Positions 59,635 to 64,000 of a DNA stretch of 64,000 nucleotides are shown here, one piece after another. Location: assembly GCA_951406725.2 (NCBI GenBank), contig OX597835.1, forward strand, positions 35,836,001-35,900,000. The letters are read 5' to 3'. This DNA comes from Octopus vulgaris (lineage: Eukaryota). The position numbers and the translations under genes were made by a program. The notes under the pieces are model-generated. The model worked only from the letters and a program-made list of their open reading frames with translations. It had not been told where the DNA came from and did no database searches. Each line of letters begins with the position of its first letter. The stretch's first letter is position 1.

Positions 59635-60249
59635 CGCAGGAGTGGCTGTGTGGTAAGTAGCTTGCTTACCAACCACATATATAAATAAATATACCTATAT
59701 AAGTACACAATATAATAATATGAATAATAATAAAATTATAATAAAGAATAAAATAAAATAAATCCTTTCTGGTGTTTGGTGTCTCTAAAAACACATTTTG
59801 GTCGACTGTAAATACGCGATATATGCGCAACACATATCGGCGATTGTATAAGGGCTTTTAAGATGCACAATAAAATATCAAAATTGTGAGGTATAGTGTG
59901 CGCTAAATTGCATTGTGAAAAAAACAATCAAATGGCTCACAAAGGTGCATTAAAAAGTAACGGTTACAAAAAGACAGTGAAGACATAATATGAATAAAAG
60001 GATAATAAAAGTTTGAAAATAGTCGAAGGTTTTCTTGAAGATCGAAAAAATGCGAAATGTAAAACTTAAAGGCGATTTTATACAAAATGATGCCTGCTTT
60101 TAGGTGGAAAAGCCAAATTCAAATGCGAAAGTAAAATATTGTTATTTTCCGAATGGTATTTTATCAGTTGACATTATATACCTCGTAGCATGTCTGCAGG
60201 AATTCAAAAGCTCCCGTCTTTGGTTCAGTACATATTTATCGTACAACTG

Positions 60250-60830
60250 GATGAAGACCTTTTCGGTCAGGCACGAATTGCACCACATAAGGCGTTTATA
60301 TGCTCCATGCTTATATGGTGCAGCTGTCTCTAAGATCGTCCAGCTGATATTGAAAGAATGTGTATCATTTTCTTTTAAATTCCAGACATATTTGACAAGA
60401 CTTGTTGCTGTCCTATTTTCGGGGTAACGAAATGAATATCGATGGGAATATAATCTAGTCTTAAAGGTATTTTCCGAAGCTCCGATGTATGTTTTGTATT
60501 CTTGTAAGCCGTCTATATGTACCTTAGCTCTATAAACAATTCCTTTCCTTAGACAAATTCCTCCTAACAGACAGCAATTGCAATTTTTCTCGTTATTTCT
60601 AGCACTGTGGTTGATTCTAATAGTTTTCGTGTTGTACTGATTAACTAAAAAGGCAAAGCCCTTGCAACTAGAATAGCTAATCTTAAGCGTTCTTCTTCTA
60701 TTATAATTCTATAGAACTTATGGTTTTCTTGGAATTGCCTAGAAAGTAGTTTCATGAATTCTCTATCAACATTTGTTTATTACGGAAGTGTTAAATGCCG
60801 GATTAAACCATAAATCTTCCCTAATTCTAG
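60250..60830 (-). pseudogene. Decayed PLE GIY-YIG endonuclease fragment
   Basis: Minus strand near 60420-60590 translates NCNCCLLGGICLRKGIVYRAKVH..KTYIGASENTFKTRLYSHRYSFRYP. Confidence 0.75.
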
Positions 60831-61280
60831 TTCTATGGGTTCTATTATTGTTAGTATTGCTTTGACTATATGTTTTTAGAGTCATCGAACACGAGACTGG
60901 ATTTGTTTTGATTTATTATATTTTATTCTTTATTATAATTTTATTATGACTTTTATTATTTTTATTACTTTCATTGAATTTATTTATAATTTTTACCATC
61001 ATTGGTTGTGATACGACGGTGATGAGAGAACTTAGTAAAAATATTTTGACAATTTTCAGCAGATACTAAATTTTCTCATTTAAATTTCACCGAGGCCAAA
61101 ATTTATATCATTTTATATTAATACACTATTATTTTAATTATATTATTGAATTTTTCTTATATTATATTATTTAATTTTTACATTATTCAATTTGGAGTTA
61201 CACTCTTTTAATATTCTATATACTAGACAAACTGTTTTAAATATACTTGTGTGCGTTATGGTGTATATACGTTTGTTTAC

Positions 61281-61342
<62 letters not shown>

Positions 61343-61470
61343 GTAGATATATATTCATATATACATGTGTTTATGCTTATCTTAATGCTTGTATGCGTGT
61401 TTACATGTGTGTTACTATTGTAACTGACAGACAGACAGACGGAACGGATTTTATATATTAAGATAAATAT

Positions 61471-61800
61471 ATGGCTCAGCGGTTAGAGCGTCGAGCTTAC
61501 GATCGTTGGGTTGTGAGTCCGATTCCCGGACCGGGCTGCGTGTTGTGTTCTTGAGCAAGACACTTTATTTTACGTTGCTCCAGTTCACTCAGCTGTAGAA
61601 ATGAGTTGCAACATCACTGGTGCCAAGCTGTATCGCCCTTTGCCTTTCCTTTGGATAACATCAGTGGCAGGGAAAGTGGAAGCTGGTATGCATTGGCGAT
61701 TGCTGGCCTTCCACAAACAACCTTGCCCGGACTTGTGCATCGGGGGGCAATATTCTAGGTGCCGTCCCATAGTCATTCATGACCGAAGGGGGTCTCATTC
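61471..61800 (+). mobile_element. tRNA-derived SINE (family C-like)
   Basis: tggctcagcggttagagcgtcgagcttacgatc...gagtccgattccc head. Confidence 0.65.
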
Positions 61801-61838
61801 TCCTCCTGTATGTGTATATGTGTGTATGTGTGCGTGTT

Positions 61839-61869
<31 letters not shown>

Positions 61870-61876
61870 GTGTGTC

Positions 61877-61947
<71 letters not shown>

Positions 61948-62190
61948 GTGTGCATATATATTTGGGTAAGATTTACGGAAAACGGGAAACATGAACATGA
62001 ATAACAGAAAATAGAAATTCAACCACAGGGCAATACATCCAATAGACAACAATCAGAAAAACAATATTAAATTGTAAATGAAGAGCCTCTGCAAAGGACA
62101 CAACATCACAGGGGTAATGGCCGTAGGGAATGCGAAAATATTTCTCAGTGGGTGAGAGATTTGAGTGTATCGTTGGAAATATATAATTTA

Positions 62191-62587
62191 CTAGCAGCAT
62201 CGCCCGGCATTGCTTGGGTTTGTTTCGACCCTTTGGAATTGGAATTTTTGAAAAGTAAAAATGTTGCATTATGTAGCTTCTTATTCTCTTTAAGTGAACA
62301 TTTTTCTTGTTGAAATACACCGAAAAATGGCGACACAGCAGTCAAAAAATCGTAAAAAAGTAGGGATTTTCATAGAAAAAAAAAGCAACTTTTTGATGTA
62401 AATAATTTTTGGTGTTAACATGGTCCGATTTGAATTTTTTCTTCTACAGAAAGAAGAGCAAGCCTTCTTCTATCATACTTTCAATTTTGGTCAACTTGCG
62501 CCGCAGGGTTTCGGAGGAGATAGTGTTAGTTGAAGGTTACCAAACTTGCCATACACAGACAACTTCAGCTTTATATATAGAGAGAGA
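62191..62587 (-). mobile_element. Non-autonomous Helitron-like element
   Basis: Shares the ctagcagcatcgcccggc.ttgct.gggtttg end with 17103; opposite end tttatatatagagagagat (TC start on minus strand). Confidence 0.68.
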
Positions 62588-62910
62588 TTACGGTTGCAAC
62601 GCAAATGGAAATGAACGCTAAAATTCCTAAACGCGTATATACTGACATATTATTTTTGTGTTTTGCCTACATGCTTTTTATACGTACGTTTTATTTTGAG
62701 ACATCTTAAAGATACACATGATATACACACGCAAAGACACAAACCTGTCTTAACACACAGTAGAAACTACAAGATCTAAAACGGTAAGACAAATAACATG
62801 TAATATATAACCTGTGTCTGTTTTATTGCGAGTAAGGGAGCTAACCATATATATATTTCGGAATGGTCATATTGCACAACAAATATTTAAACGTATATAT
62901 ATATATATAT

Positions 62911-62966
<56 letters not shown>

Positions 62967-63123
62967 TATATATATATATATATATATATATGAAGAGAGA
63001 GAGAGACAGAGAGAGAGAAAGAGCACAGTTATATGTATAGATAGATAGAGATAGATGCATATTAATGGATATATATATATGTGCCTGTGTATATATACAC
63101 ATATATATATGTGTGTGTATGTG

Positions 63124-63157
<34 letters not shown>

Positions 63158-63280
63158 TACACACACACACACTAACACATATATATATATATATGTACAC
63201 ACACACACATGCATGTTTCTGTTTGTGTTTGTGAATATGTGTGTATGTATGCATATATTTATGTATGTATGTATGTATGC

Positions 63281-63313
<33 letters not shown>

Positions 63314-63786
63314 TGTATGTATGTATGTATGTATGTATGTATGTATGTATTTATGTATGAGCTATAGCAATGGCAGGCAGCGTTAATATGGCGACATTTG
63401 GCGCTGATAGTAAGCATATTTAACTAATATACAATGTTTGTAGAGCATTGCATTAGCAGGGATGTATTTTCGCTTCCATTATTAATATAAGCATCCATGA
63501 TTAAAGATGTATAACCGGAATATATGACAAGCTACAACAAACAACCCTAAAAAAAGATCTATATAATAAAAGCATGACAAAAGAACACACCATATATCAA
63601 TCAACAGTAACAAGAACAAGAGCACCACCACCACCAACAACAACAACAACAACAACAACTTCCCCCAAAAAATAAGCGCAATAAAAACAGCTACGAGAAG
63701 AGCATCTGCAACAGGAACAGAAATAAATCCATCCAAAACAAACACAGAATCAAATATAACCATAGCAACAAATATGTATGTGTATA

Positions 63787-63845
<59 letters not shown>

Positions 63846-63874
63846 ATATATGTATATATATGTATATATGTATG

Positions 63875-63905
<31 letters not shown>

Positions 63906-64000
63906 GTATATATATATGTATATATATATATGTGTGTGTGTGTTTGTGTGTATCTGTCTATCCATTTATCTATTTATGTATGTATTTATGTATGTATGTA

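Noticed and set aside
61017-61092. Hairpin near a PLE fragment considered as a SECIS element
   Set aside because: Lacks the 3' GA of the quartet and is on the strand opposite the GIY-YIG frame

Overview
AT-rich, extremely microsatellite-rich metazoan nuclear DNA, most likely octopus/cephalopod (inferred from a molluscan-type ND1 NUMT and abundant tRNA-derived SINEs). No host protein-coding exon could be supported; almost all listed ORFs are translations of (TA)n, (CA)n, (TACA)n, (TAGA)n, (GAA)n and (GAT)n repeats. The window holds decayed Tc1/mariner transposons, a mariner-type MITE, two non-autonomous Helitrons, an RTE LINE 3' end, several SINE families, a U6 snRNA pseudogene, an ND1 NUMT nested in a mariner, and many Penelope-like element (PLE) pieces (GIY-YIG and RT fragments with inverted pseudo-LTRs) inserted in TA microsatellites. 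The main result is a set of type I hammerhead ribozyme (HHR) motifs. The clearest is a near-identical 3 x 353-bp tandem array at ~9.4-10.5 kb with one canonical minimal HHR per unit (retrozyme-like). There is also a canonical HHR with a very long stem II in a palindrome at 38.1-38.5 kb, plus several variant-core HHR-like motifs in other PLE pseudo-LTR families. All calls are by eye; no searches or folding were run.
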